DNA of 64,000 bases from Candidatus Margulisiibacteriota bacterium (GCA_018823125.1 JAHJIW010000005.1:142542-206541); one strand, 5' to 3'. Shown: positions 8,398-18,808, counted from the first letter of the stretch. Numbers and translations: made by a program. Notes: generated by a model from the sequence alone, not told the origin.

Positions 8398-10106
8398 ATC
8401 AACTCCTTAATTAATTTTGTTTTCCCCATTTGTTTCAATGCTTTGGCCACCAGCCGGTAGTTATTTTTCAGATACGGCTGCAGCAGGGCCTTTTGAAAAC
8501 TCCTCTCTTCACTTTTAGGCACATGTACGGCTTTACCGGTAAAAGGATTAAGACCAGTATAGTACATACAGGTCGAAATTGTCATGGGGGTAGGCGTAAA
8601 ATTTTGCACCTGCTCAATTCTAAGCTTATGTTTCTTTAAAAATAAGGACAGGTCCAGTGCGTGTTTAAGGGTGCTGCCGGGATGTGAAGCGATGAAGTAG
8701 GGGATCAAAAACTGCTTCTTTTTATGTTTTTTATTCAATTGTATAAACTTATCCTTAAATTCCAGAAATTTATTTATTTTCGGTTTGCCCATCATGAGCA
8801 AAACTTCTTCACAGATATGCTCCGGCGCTACGCTCAGCTGACCGCTGATATGATATTTAACTAACTCATCCAGGTATTCGTTGTCCAGCAGCGCCAGGTC
8901 ATAACGGATGCCGGAATTAATAAACAAATGCTTTACCCCCGGCAACTGACGCAGTTCTTGCATCAGCTTAAGCGAAGGCTTTTGGGAAAAATCCAGACTG
9001 GGACAAATATTGGGGTAAATACAGCTGGCCCGGGTACAACCATCCGCTTTTAAACAAGTAATCCCGTACATATTAGCGGTGGGTCCGCCGACATCCAGAA
9101 TGGTGCCTTTAAAATCCGGCCTCGGCACAATTTTCTCCTCGATTTCCTTTTTGATCGACTCCGGACTGCGGCTGATAATATATTTACCGTGATGTTGTGA
9201 GATCGCGCAAAAAGCGCATCCGCCAAAACAGCCGCGGTGGGAAATGGTGGAATGTTTAACAAAACCCCAGGCCGGGATCGGGGTATTTTTGTATTTAGGA
9301 TGCGGCGCGCGTTTGAACGGCATCTCAAACAGCTGGTCCAATTCCTTGGGTGATAAATTCTGCGGCGGAAAAACCACCAGGTAGCGGCCCTGGCAGTGCT
9401 GAATGATAATTCTCGGGTGTTTTTTTCGTCCTTCTAAATAATATAGTTTAGAGGCTTCGGCAAATTTCTTTTTATCACTGGAAACTTCTTCGAAGCTGGG
9501 AACAACTAATGCATCTTTATAAGCTGCAATATCCTTAACTATGATTGCGGTGTTTGGAATTTTAGATTTTGGTAATTCGGATTTGTTTAGGGTTTCTGAT
9601 TTAGGATTTAGGATTTTTGCAATTTCTAAAATTCCCTTTTCACCCATGCCGTAAACCAAGTAATCGGCTTTGGCATCAAACAAAACAGAGCGGCGCACCT
9701 TATCTGACCAAAAATCGTAATGCGCAAAACGTCTTAAACTAGCTTCGACTCCGCCTAAAACAATCGGCACCCCGGGAAAGAGATGCTTGAGCTTACTGGT
9801 ATAAACGATAGTTGCCCGGTCAGGGCGGTGGCCGGCTTCATTGTTTGGAGAATACATATCATTGCGCCGGATTTTTTTGTCCGCGGTATAATTGGCCACC
9901 ATCGAATCGAGATTGCCTGCCGAAACGCCAAAAAACAGTTTGGGCTTGCCTAACTTTAAAAAGTCTTGATCTGTTTTCCAATCCGGCTGATCAATGATTC
10001 CAACCGAGAAGCCGTGCTTTTCTAAATAGCGGGCGATTAGGGCGGTGCCAAAGCTGGGATGGTCGATATATGCGTCGCCGCTGACTAAAATTATGTCGAA
10101 TGTCAT
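8394..10106 (-). CDS. ygiQ: YgiQ-family radical SAM protein (UPF0313)
   Basis: CxxxCxxC (GCFGGCAFCAI). The N-terminus MTFDIILVSGDAYIDHPSFG is YgiQ-like. The track ORF extends to 10184, but the Met at 10106 matches the family N-terminus and avoids overlap with the typA promoter. Confidence 0.75.
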   Translation of the reverse strand: MTFDIILVSGDAYIDHPSFGTALIARYLEKHGFSVGIIDQPDWKTDQDFLKLGKPKLFFGVSAGNLDSMVANYTADKKIRRNDMYSPNNEAGHRPDRATIVYTSKLKHLFPGVPIVLGGVEASLRRFAHYDFWSDKVRRSVLFDAKADYLVYGMGEKGILEIAKILNPKSETLNKSELPKSKIPNTAIIVKDIAAYKDALVVPSFEEVSSDKKKFAEASKLYYLEGRKKHPRIIIQHCQGRYLVVFPPQNLSPKELDQLFEMPFKRAPHPKYKNTPIPAWGFVKHSTISHRGCFGGCAFCAISQHHGKYIISRSPESIKKEIEEKIVPRPDFKGTILDVGGPTANMYGITCLKADGCTRASCIYPNICPSLDFSQKPSLKLMQELRQLPGVKHLFINSGIRYDLALLDNEYLDELVKYHISGQLSVAPEHICEEVLLMMGKPKINKFLEFKDKFIQLNKKHKKKQFLIPYFIASHPGSTLKHALDLSLFLKKHKLRIEQVQNFTPTPMTISTCMYYTGLNPFTGKAVHVPKSEERSFQKALLQPYLKNNYRLVAKALKQMGKTKLIKELI

Positions 10107-10124
10107 ATCTTTAGTATAACAGAA

Positions 10125-10133
10125 TGGTATAAT
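10125..10133 (+). promoter_or_regulatory. Extended -10 promoter TGGTATAAT of typA, positioned for a leaderless transcript
   Basis: aaTGgTATAATatccggATG. The -10 ends 6 nt before the ATG at 10140 and there is no SD. Confidence 0.5.
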
Positions 10134-10139
10134 ATCCGG

Positions 10140-11903
10140 ATGAAAAAGATTCTTAACGTAGCCATTATCGCCCACGTCGACCACGGGAAGACCACTTTAA
10201 CCGATCATCTCTTGCGACAGGGCGGGGCATTTTCGGAGCGCGAAGAGGTTCGGGATCTGGTAATGGACTCTAACGAACTCGAACAAGAGCGCGGCATCAC
10301 CATCTTCTCCAAAAACTGCTCGATCCACTATAAAGATTACAAAATTAATATCGTCGATACTCCGGGCCACGCCGATTTCGGTTCCGAAGTTGAACGCGTC
10401 TTAAAAATGGTCGATTCGGTTTTACTGCTGGTCGATGCTAAAGAAGGCCCCATGCCGCAAACGAAGTTTGTCTTGGCCAAATCGCTTAACCTCGGACTCA
10501 AACCGATCGTGGTCATTAATAAGATCGATAAAAAAGACCACCAGGCCGATAAAGTCATGGATATGATCTTTGATCTGTTTGTTAAACTGGACGCCAATGA
10601 CGAACAACTTGATTTTCCGGTTATCTATACTATTTCCAGAGAGGGGATTGCAAAATTAGAACTGGAGGATGAGGGCAAAGATCTGACTCCGCTCTTTGAA
10701 ACCATTATCACCAAAGTTCCCGCTTACCCCGACAAAACCGACCAGCCGCTGCAGTTTCAGGTTACCAATCTGGCCTACGACGATTATGTCGGCCGGGTTG
10801 CAATCGGACGGGTTAACAGCGGACAACTAAAAAAAGCGCAGAACGTGGTGGTTTGTAAGCGTGACGGCTCGGTGAAACCCGGCAAAATTATCAGGCTGCA
10901 AACCTTTGAAGGACTGAAAAGCGTGGAGGTCGAAGAGGCCGACTGCGGTGACATTGTGGCGGTCGCCGGTTTTCCGGATATTACGATCGGGGAAACCATC
11001 TGTCTGGCCGATAATCCGATCCCTTTACCATTATTAGTAATCGATGAACCAACCATGTCCATGGAATTCTTAGTCAACAATTCTCCCTTCGCCGGCCGCG
11101 AAGGTAAATATGTGACCACCCGGCAAATTAAAGAGCGCCTGGAGCGCGAATTACAAACCAACGTCGGCATGCGCATGGAAACTTTGGACAACATTGAAGG
11201 CTATAAAATATCCGGCCGCGGCGAACTGCATCTTTCAATTTTACTCGAACAAATGCGCCGGGACGGTTACGAAGTTCAGGTCTCACAGCCCAAAGTAATC
11301 TTTAAAACCGTTCACGGCGAAAAGATGGAGCCAATTGAAAAGGCCCACATCGCGGTCCCGGAAAAAAGTGCCGGAACGGTAATTGAGAAACTGGGCAAGC
11401 GCAAAGGTGAAATGATTGATATGTTAACTAAAAACGGGACATCCTTTCTTACCTATGTAGTACCCAGCCGGGGATTACTCGGTTTTCGCGCCGCCTTTAT
11501 TATGGATACCAAAGGCGAGGGGATTTTACATCACGGTTTCTATCGCTACGAAAGATATAAAGGCGAAATCGCCGGCCGTCAAAACGGCGTATTAATATCC
11601 GGCAACACCGGTAAAACCACTTCCTATGCTTTAAATAATATTCAGAAACGGGGAAAACTTTTTGTCGGGCCAGGAGTAGACGTTTACTCAGGAATGATTA
11701 TTGGTGAAAATGCCCGCAACCAGGATATGCCGGTTAATCCAACCAAAGAAAAGAAAAAATCCAACATCCGCACCACCAGTACAGATGAAGCGGTTCAACT
11801 AACTAAACCAATTAAAATGACATTAGAAGCCGCGCTTGAATTTATCGAGCAGGATGAGTTAATCGAAGTTACCCCAAAAAGCATACGGTTAAGGAAAAAG
11901 TAG
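10140..11903 (+). CDS. typA: Translational GTPase TypA/BipA
   Basis: MKKILNVAIIAHVDHGKTTL, DTPGHADF, NKID G-domain motifs. 587 aa. Confidence 0.9.
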   Translation: MKKILNVAIIAHVDHGKTTLTDHLLRQGGAFSEREEVRDLVMDSNELEQERGITIFSKNCSIHYKDYKINIVDTPGHADFGSEVERVLKMVDSVLLLVDAKEGPMPQTKFVLAKSLNLGLKPIVVINKIDKKDHQADKVMDMIFDLFVKLDANDEQLDFPVIYTISREGIAKLELEDEGKDLTPLFETIITKVPAYPDKTDQPLQFQVTNLAYDDYVGRVAIGRVNSGQLKKAQNVVVCKRDGSVKPGKIIRLQTFEGLKSVEVEEADCGDIVAVAGFPDITIGETICLADNPIPLPLLVIDEPTMSMEFLVNNSPFAGREGKYVTTRQIKERLERELQTNVGMRMETLDNIEGYKISGRGELHLSILLEQMRRDGYEVQVSQPKVIFKTVHGEKMEPIEKAHIAVPEKSAGTVIEKLGKRKGEMIDMLTKNGTSFLTYVVPSRGLLGFRAAFIMDTKGEGILHHGFYRYERYKGEIAGRQNGVLISGNTGKTTSYALNNIQKRGKLFVGPGVDVYSGMIIGENARNQDMPVNPTKEKKKSNIRTTSTDEAVQLTKPIKMTLEAALEFIEQDELIEVTPKSIRLRKK

Positions 11904-13112
11904 TTATCTTCTCTTTCTTCTTCGAAAACGCGAACGTTTAGGGCCAAAACTTCTGGCCTGGGTTGCGTAAAAGCCGAGTTCATTAATTTCCGGGTGTTTA
12001 ACAATTGGTAAAGCTTTTTGCATTACTCTTTCGATACTGCGAACATCGCCTTTTTGGTCTGGAGTGGCAAAAGAGATGGCGCGGCCTTCGTGACTAGCCC
12101 GGCCGGTGCGGCCAATGCGGTGTACGTAATTTTCGGCATCATCCGGAAGGTCAAAATTAATCACTAACTCTATTTCTTTAACATCGATCCCGCGGGCCGC
12201 GATGTCGGTAGCCGCTAAGATTCGGAATTTTCCAGTTTTAAAACCATCTAGCGCATCTCTTCTTTGCCGGAGCGAGCGATCCGAATGGATTTCGGCCACA
12301 TTGTGGCCCATTTCCCTGATGCGGCGGGTAATTCTAGCCGCACCTCTTTTGGTGCGCATAAAAAGAAGGACCGTACCGCGATATTGATGGAGCAATTTTT
12401 CTAATAATTGAATTTTATCTTCTTTGCTGATAATAAACAGTTCTTGGGTAACATTTTTAGCGGCGGTGCCGGAACGGGCAATTTCGACACTGACCGGCAG
12501 TTTCATGTACTGAGTGGCAATCCTGACTATTTTTTCCGGGATGGTGGCCGAGAAGAGCATGGTTTGTCTGTCTTTGGGCAAATTTTTGAGCACCTGTTCA
12601 ATTTGCGGCATAAAACCCATGTCGAGCATGCGATCCGCTTCGTCCAGCACCAGGATTTTAAACTCATTCAGGCGGAAGGTTCTTTGTCTTAAGTGATCGA
12701 TCAGCCGTCCCGGAGTAGCAATGATTATCATTGGGTTGTGACGCAGCATTCTTAATTGATTGCTCATGGAGGCGCCGCCAATCAGAACCGCGGATTTAAG
12801 CCCCATCGGTCGAGCAAGTTTTTGCAGTGCTTCATCAACCTGGAGGGCGAGTTCTCGGGTAGGGACCAGAATCATGGCCCGGCCCGGACCCTGGGCTAAG
12901 CGTTGGATCATCGGAATACCAAAGGCCATGGTTTTTCCGGTTCCGGTTTGAGCTACACCAACAATATCTTTACCTTCAATGGCGATGGGAATGGCTTTGA
13001 ATTGGATCGGGGTGGGCGTTTTAAACTGCATGCGGTTAATCAGTTCCATTATCTTTGGCGCGATACCTAGTCCGTAAAAGTTGGCATTATTTTGTTGTTC
13101 TTCGTTTTTCAT
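11904..13112 (-). CDS. DEAD-box ATP-dependent RNA helicase
   Basis: AQTGTGKT, DEAD, SAT and HRIGRTGR motifs, plus an RRRKRR basic tail. Confidence 0.9.
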   Translation of the reverse strand: MKNEEQQNNANFYGLGIAPKIMELINRMQFKTPTPIQFKAIPIAIEGKDIVGVAQTGTGKTMAFGIPMIQRLAQGPGRAMILVPTRELALQVDEALQKLARPMGLKSAVLIGGASMSNQLRMLRHNPMIIIATPGRLIDHLRQRTFRLNEFKILVLDEADRMLDMGFMPQIEQVLKNLPKDRQTMLFSATIPEKIVRIATQYMKLPVSVEIARSGTAAKNVTQELFIISKEDKIQLLEKLLHQYRGTVLLFMRTKRGAARITRRIREMGHNVAEIHSDRSLRQRRDALDGFKTGKFRILAATDIAARGIDVKEIELVINFDLPDDAENYVHRIGRTGRASHEGRAISFATPDQKGDVRSIERVMQKALPIVKHPEINELGFYATQARSFGPKRSRFRRRKRR

Positions 13113-13155
13113 GTTGTAATTATAACATTTTTTGGGAAAACGTGCTGTTTTAATT

Positions 13156-15033
13156 CTATCCTTTCACGATCTTCCCGATTTTCTCCTGCATAATCTTCAG
13201 GAAGGTTCCCCAGTACTCATTATATGTTGTATTTTTAATCAGCCACGGACTTAATACGCAGGATCGCAATACATAGACGCTTTTTTGTTTATCCCATTGT
13301 TCCTTTGGAATACCCAGCACCGCCACAAAAGAAGCCGGAGCATCGCCGTAGGCGTCGGTGGCTAAACTGGTTTTAGATGTGATCCAGTCGTTAGCGTAAA
13401 CCGGGCCGGAATTGTAAGAGCTTAGTTCATACAGTTTTTCGTTGAGATCGTCCATTTTGGCCAGATCAGTATTGCCAACGGCGTTGAAAGCAAAGTCGAC
13501 GATATTAAAATCCGGTTTGGTTAATGGATGGACGATATATTTTTTACCGTTAACTTCAAAGGCCGGTTCGGCTTTGAGCGACATGTAAAATCTTTGGGCA
13601 CCGGTGATGGAGCGGCCGATAATGCGGCCGTAGCCGGTGATGTTTAATGGAATAACTTCATGCGAGGCCCAAACTGCGGCGGCAGTGGCGCCGGCTTTCG
13701 ATCCTTCTAAAATATAACTGCCCAGCAGCATCGGATCGTTGCCTTTTTCAAAAACGTAAGCGGCAAAATATGAAATTAAATCCAAAATGCGGCGGTCTTT
13801 CATTACCACTGCGCCGGCAGCGTAGGGGACGTAGCCCATTTTATGAGGATCAACCGTAATTGAATCGGCTTCGCTAAAAGCTTTATAAGCTTCGTATACA
13901 TCTATAGGCGGCCAATCGATGTCTTTATGTATAATGCCTTCTTCGTGCCATCTATGTTTCATCTTATGCATATCCATAAATTTGTCATTTTCATCTAAAA
14001 AGATAGCGCGGGCGTAGCCGCCGTAAGCGCCGTCGATATGGAAATAAAAAGAGATGCCTTGCTTTTCGTATTCGTCGCGCAGTTTGGCAATTTCGTGAAC
14101 TTCATCCACCGCGCCTTCTTCGGTAGTGCCAACCACCGCCACGACACCTAAAATCGGAGTCTTGGTTGCAATAAATTTATCGATGGTTGCTTTTAAAACA
14201 TTAACGTCCATGCGGTAATTATCTTTCACCTGGACATTAATTAAGTTGTCGGTACCGATCCCTAAAATGTCGGCGGCTTTCGCCCAGGAGTAGTGTCGGG
14301 ATTGCGGCACCAGCAGGACGCCCAGATTTTCTTTGGACATGCCAACCCCGCGGGCCGAGAGGGCGCGGACTTCGTCAAATTTATTAGCGGCTTTTACCTT
14401 ATCAACCAGGTCTAAAACTTTACTGACCGGTAGATTCAAGAGCTGCCAGTCATCTAATCCTTTGACCAAATTTGGCAATACGGCTTTAACTGCCATGGGG
14501 AAGGACTTGAGATTACGCGCTACCCAAAATGCTTCGTAGTTAGCCACGTGTCCGCCCGAAGTAATGTGTCCCCAGCCTTTGTTGGCGTCAAACCCCAACA
14601 TGGTGCAAAGTTGTTTGCCGGCCTGAATTTCAAGTCCGGTAGTAGCGGGAGAAGCTTCAAAAGCACAGTTATTCGGGTTGTATAAAATAGTTGCCATGTA
14701 AGCTAAGTTGGCGGCCATCAAAGTATCTGAATTCATGTGACCCAGATATCTGGGCGAAAACCAGGGCATCGAAGTAGTTTTTAATTTTCCGGAAAGCTCC
14801 AGCAGGGTTTCTTTGGTTCTTCTCAAAGTATCTTTATAAAGTTGTTCGTCCTGTTCCTCCAGTGAAACTGCAGGCTTATCATCCGGATGAAAATCCCGGC
14901 GCCATTGGATGTGTTCTTCCATTAAAAAGTTTAACGTATTGGTAAAAAATCCCTGATTTTCGGATTTGGGGCCCAGAAACAGTGCATCCACATTTACCTT
15001 AGCCGAATTATTATCTCTTTTAAACCAACCCAT
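13156..15033 (-). CDS. tyrDC: Group II PLP-dependent amino-acid decarboxylase, tyrosine decarboxylase-like
   Basis: 625 aa, the size of bacterial TyrDC. HIDGAYGGYA and SITVDPHKMGY (PLP lysine). The N-terminus VDALFLGPKSEN...EEHIQWRRDFHPDD resembles enterococcal/lactobacillal TyrDC. Confidence 0.75.
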   Translation of the reverse strand: MGWFKRDNNSAKVNVDALFLGPKSENQGFFTNTLNFLMEEHIQWRRDFHPDDKPAVSLEEQDEQLYKDTLRRTKETLLELSGKLKTTSMPWFSPRYLGHMNSDTLMAANLAYMATILYNPNNCAFEASPATTGLEIQAGKQLCTMLGFDANKGWGHITSGGHVANYEAFWVARNLKSFPMAVKAVLPNLVKGLDDWQLLNLPVSKVLDLVDKVKAANKFDEVRALSARGVGMSKENLGVLLVPQSRHYSWAKAADILGIGTDNLINVQVKDNYRMDVNVLKATIDKFIATKTPILGVVAVVGTTEEGAVDEVHEIAKLRDEYEKQGISFYFHIDGAYGGYARAIFLDENDKFMDMHKMKHRWHEEGIIHKDIDWPPIDVYEAYKAFSEADSITVDPHKMGYVPYAAGAVVMKDRRILDLISYFAAYVFEKGNDPMLLGSYILEGSKAGATAAAVWASHEVIPLNITGYGRIIGRSITGAQRFYMSLKAEPAFEVNGKKYIVHPLTKPDFNIVDFAFNAVGNTDLAKMDDLNEKLYELSSYNSGPVYANDWITSKTSLATDAYGDAPASFVAVLGIPKEQWDKQKSVYVLRSCVLSPWLIKNTTYNEYWGTFLKIMQEKIGKIVKG

Positions 15034-15034
15034 T

Positions 15035-16474
15035 TTAATTACCTCCTTGAAGTTTTTCTTTCCAACTGGGACGTCTAAACTGATAAATGATTAACGGAAT
15101 CGCGGCGAAAATTATCGTGCCGAACAGCAGAAATAAAACATAAAATCTGATATCGGTGATATGCATTTGTGATGGCGGGAAAAAGCCTACAAAAATGGCC
15201 AGGATCGAGGTGACGATTCCGATTCCGGCAATCAGCCACATGCCTAATTTTCCTCCGGGAACTTTATAAGTCCTCGGCACATTGGGCGCCGAATAACGCA
15301 AACGTATTCCAGCCGCCAACATCAGAATATACATAATTAAATATAGAAGGATCGTCATGTTGAGCATCATTAAAAATACGGTATTGATATTAGGAATGAC
15401 GATAAACATCAAGCCAAAAAGTGAAATTAAAGCAGCCTGGATGATGAGCATCGTAGTTGGAATTCCGTTTTTGTTAACCTTTTGCATGATGGGGGGGAGG
15501 TCGCCATTTTCGGCAGTGGCTAAAAGCCCTTTAACCGGACCAACAACCCAGGTACTGACCTGACCGATGGCGCCCAAACCGGCCAGCAGCGCCATGACCG
15601 GAACCAGCCAGGATACATTAAATCTATTGAAGAAAATTTTAAAGGCTTCCATGATGCCGGCGGTTAAACTGATTTCGTTATGCGGAACCACGGCGCCTAC
15701 GGCAAAACCGCCTAAAATATTAATTAAGATTAAAAGCAGTCCGGCAAAAAAGATGGCGATAGGGTAGTTGCGCTGGGGATTATTTACTTCTGCGGCGTGG
15801 GAAGCCGAAGCTTCGATGCCGGCGTAAATAAAAATTACTCCGGCCAGCAGGGCGATATTAGTGATTTTACTTAAGTCGGGAATAAAATTACTAACCGTTA
15901 GCGATAGATTTAACTGAATCGGGTTTCCGCCGAAAATATATACCAGACCAAAGCCAATAATAAATATGGCCGGAATAAAAACTCCGCCGATTAAACAGAC
16001 GGTGCTGATCCATCCCGAAGTTTTCATGCCGCGCATGTTTAACAGGGTTAAGATCCAATAGGTGATGACAATCACGGCTAATACATAAAACTTATTGCCG
16101 GCTAAAGCGGGATTAATCGCAAAGGCTAATGATCCGGCGACAAACGACAAAATCATCACCATGCCGAATACCATTTGCACCCACTGCATCCAGATTGCTA
16201 AAAATCCGATGCGGTCGCCAAAAGCTTCTTTAACCCAGACGTAAACTCCGCCTTTTTGCGGCCATCCGGTGGCCAACTCTGCCGAGATGAGAGCCGTGGG
16301 CATCAGAAAAGCCAGCACCGCTACCAGACACAGGAAAATCATTTGCATGCCGGTTTCGGCCAGGATCGGAATGTTTCGAACACTAACGGCAAACGCGGCG
16401 GTGATCATAACCAGAGTGAAAACGTTGATCTTGTTCGGAGGAGTTACCGGTTTATTATTCATAAATACCTCCAT
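15035..16474 (-). CDS. tyrP: APC-family amino acid permease/antiporter (tyrosine:tyramine exchanger-like)
   Basis: 479 aa with about 12 hydrophobic segments. Ends 2 nt upstream of the decarboxylase. Confidence 0.7.
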   Translation of the reverse strand: MEVFMNNKPVTPPNKINVFTLVMITAAFAVSVRNIPILAETGMQMIFLCLVAVLAFLMPTALISAELATGWPQKGGVYVWVKEAFGDRIGFLAIWMQWVQMVFGMVMILSFVAGSLAFAINPALAGNKFYVLAVIVITYWILTLLNMRGMKTSGWISTVCLIGGVFIPAIFIIGFGLVYIFGGNPIQLNLSLTVSNFIPDLSKITNIALLAGVIFIYAGIEASASHAAEVNNPQRNYPIAIFFAGLLLILINILGGFAVGAVVPHNEISLTAGIMEAFKIFFNRFNVSWLVPVMALLAGLGAIGQVSTWVVGPVKGLLATAENGDLPPIMQKVNKNGIPTTMLIIQAALISLFGLMFIVIPNINTVFLMMLNMTILLYLIMYILMLAAGIRLRYSAPNVPRTYKVPGGKLGMWLIAGIGIVTSILAIFVGFFPPSQMHITDIRFYVLFLLFGTIIFAAIPLIIYQFRRPSWKEKLQGGN

Positions 16475-16554
16475 TAAGTGATATGTGAAGTATTATAACA
16501 CCCCAAAAGGTGGTTTCAACCGCAATTGTTGTCCTTTAAAAACTCTCAAAATTT

Positions 16555-16563
16555 TGGTATAAT
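16555..16563 (+). promoter_or_regulatory. Extended -10 promoter TGGTATAAT of otsA, near-leaderless
   Basis: tttTGgTATAATtactatctATG. The -10 ends 8 nt before the ATG at 16572 and there is no SD. Confidence 0.5.
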
Positions 16564-16571
16564 TACTATCT

Positions 16572-18038
16572 ATGGTATCTTCCAAAGAAACTCTTAAAGA
16601 ATTGGTTAATAAGAAGCTAAAAAAGTATACTTTCGTCGTAGCTTCTAACCGCGAACCCTACATCCACACGTATTCCGGAGATAAAATTATCTGTATTAAG
16701 CCTGCTTCCGGCGTTACCACCGCACTCGATCCCGTATTAAGGGCCTCCAAGGGTATCTGGGTAGCACATGGTGCCGGTGATGCCGATAAAAAGGTAGTCG
16801 ACGGCAAAAACCGCATTCAGGTTCCTCCCGATAATCCCGAGTATACTTTACGCCGGATCTGGATGAATAAGGCCGAAGAAGACGGCTATTACTACGGTTT
16901 TTCCAATGAAACGCTTTGGCCGCTGTGCCACATCGTGTATAACAAGCCCAAATTTGATGAAACCGACTGGAAGTACTATAAATTAATCAACGAAAGATTT
17001 GCCAAAACCGTCATTGACGAGATCGACGGCAAACAAGCCATCGTATTTTTGCAGGATTATCACTTAACTTTAGCTCCCAAAATGATTAAAGAAGCCAATC
17101 CTAATGCTAAAGTTGCGCTTTTCTGGCATATTCCCTGGCCAAACCCTGAAGTATTTCGTATTTGTCCGTGGAAAAAAGAAATAATAGAGGGGATGCTGGG
17201 CGCCGACCTGCTTGGTTTTCACATCGGCTATCACGTCGATAACTTTTTAGAAACCGTGAACCAAACCGTGGAAGCCCAGGTAGATAAGATTCGCCCGTCG
17301 ATCACCATGGGTGGACACAAAACTCTGATCCGGCCGTATCCCATCAGTGTGGATGCCGAAAGCATCAGCGCGGAGGCCGATAGTCCGGAAATCGAAGAAG
17401 CCATTAAAAATTTGCGCCACACCTTTGACCTGAATTATGAATTTATCGGGGTAGGGGCCGACCGCGTGGATTATACAAAAGGAATTCCCGAAAGATTTAA
17501 AGCGATTGATCTTTTCCTCGAAAAAAATCCCAAGTATCACAAAAAGTTTGTCTATATCCAGGCCGGCAGTTTGAGCCGCATTCATATTACCGATTATAAG
17601 GATATTAATGACGAAATTAATGATCTGGTTGAAAATATCAACTGGAAATATTCATCCGATCACTGGACGCCCATTATTTTAGTGCGCCGCCATTTTTCAT
17701 CTAAAGAATTAATCGCGCTTTTTAAACTAGCCAATTTCTGTGTTGTTTCTTCTCTGCATGACGGGATGAATTTAGTGGCTAAAGAATATGTCTCTGCCTG
17801 CGACGCAGAGAAGGGCGCCCTGATTTTATCGCAGTTTACCGGCGCTTCGCGGGAATTAGCCGATGCCATTATGGTTAACCCTTACGCGCCCGCTTCTTTT
17901 GCGGATGCCATCAAGCTGGCTATCGAAATGCCGAAAGAAGAAAAAGCAGAACGGATGCGCCGCATGAAAGAAACCGTGCGCGAAAACAACATTTACCGCT
18001 GGGCCGAAAATATCATTCAAACCCTTTTAAAAATATAG
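16572..18038 (+). CDS. otsA: GT20 trehalose-6-phosphate synthase family
   Basis: 488 aa with GT20 (OtsA/GgpS-like) features. Confidence 0.8.
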   Translation: MVSSKETLKELVNKKLKKYTFVVASNREPYIHTYSGDKIICIKPASGVTTALDPVLRASKGIWVAHGAGDADKKVVDGKNRIQVPPDNPEYTLRRIWMNKAEEDGYYYGFSNETLWPLCHIVYNKPKFDETDWKYYKLINERFAKTVIDEIDGKQAIVFLQDYHLTLAPKMIKEANPNAKVALFWHIPWPNPEVFRICPWKKEIIEGMLGADLLGFHIGYHVDNFLETVNQTVEAQVDKIRPSITMGGHKTLIRPYPISVDAESISAEADSPEIEEAIKNLRHTFDLNYEFIGVGADRVDYTKGIPERFKAIDLFLEKNPKYHKKFVYIQAGSLSRIHITDYKDINDEINDLVENINWKYSSDHWTPIILVRRHFSSKELIALFKLANFCVVSSLHDGMNLVAKEYVSACDAEKGALILSQFTGASRELADAIMVNPYAPASFADAIKLAIEMPKEEKAERMRRMKETVRENNIYRWAENIIQTLLKI

Positions 18039-18806
18039 ATGAAATATATCTTATTGTTAGACTACGATGGTACCTTAACGCCGATCGTCAAAACTCCGGA
18101 ACTAGCTAAACTTTCGTCTGCTAACCGCCGGCACCTAAAAAAACTTGCTGAAACCAAAGACCTGACGGTTTGCATTGTCAGCGGCCGCGCCCTAAAAGAC
18201 ATAAAAAACAAAGTAAAAATCCCGGACATATATTATATCGGCAATCACGGCTTTGAAATGGAAGGGCCCCAAGGAAAAATGATTCAGTCCCAGGCCAAAA
18301 AATATCTGCCATTAATGTCCAAAATCAAAAAAGATCTCAAGCCGCTGCTTAAAATCAAAGGCGTCATCGTAGAAGATAAAAAATTCACGTTGAGTGTGCA
18401 TTATCGATTGGCTTCTCCCTCCGGAGCACGTAAAATCAAAGCGCTGACCGAAAAATATTTAAAACCCTACGCTAAAGCAAAGCGCATCCGGGTTACCTAC
18501 GGCAAAAAAGTAATCGAAATCCGCCCGCCGATTAAATGGGATAAGGGTAAAGCCGTACTTTGGATCTTAAATGCGCTAAAAATTAAGGATGCCATCCCGA
18601 TTTATATCGGCGATGATGTCACCGATGAGGATGCCTTTCGGGTGCTGAAAAAAATCGGCGTAGCGGTCCGCGTCGGCCGCGCTAAAAAATCGTGCGCCGA
18701 CTATTTTTTAAGAGAAGTCGGCGAGGTTTACAAACTTTTACACTTCATTCAAAATGTGATAGAATCATCGCCAAGTTGTGTTAAAATGCCCAAGAGGAAA
18801 AAATAA
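18039..18806 (+). CDS. otsB: Trehalose-6-phosphate phosphatase (HAD superfamily)
   Basis: LLLDYDGTLTPIV motif I, GDDVTDEDAF motif IV. Confidence 0.8.
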   Translation: MKYILLLDYDGTLTPIVKTPELAKLSSANRRHLKKLAETKDLTVCIVSGRALKDIKNKVKIPDIYYIGNHGFEMEGPQGKMIQSQAKKYLPLMSKIKKDLKPLLKIKGVIVEDKKFTLSVHYRLASPSGARKIKALTEKYLKPYAKAKRIRVTYGKKVIEIRPPIKWDKGKAVLWILNALKIKDAIPIYIGDDVTDEDAFRVLKKIGVAVRVGRAKKSCADYFLREVGEVYKLLHFIQNVIESSPSCVKMPKRKK

Positions 18807-18808
18807 AG

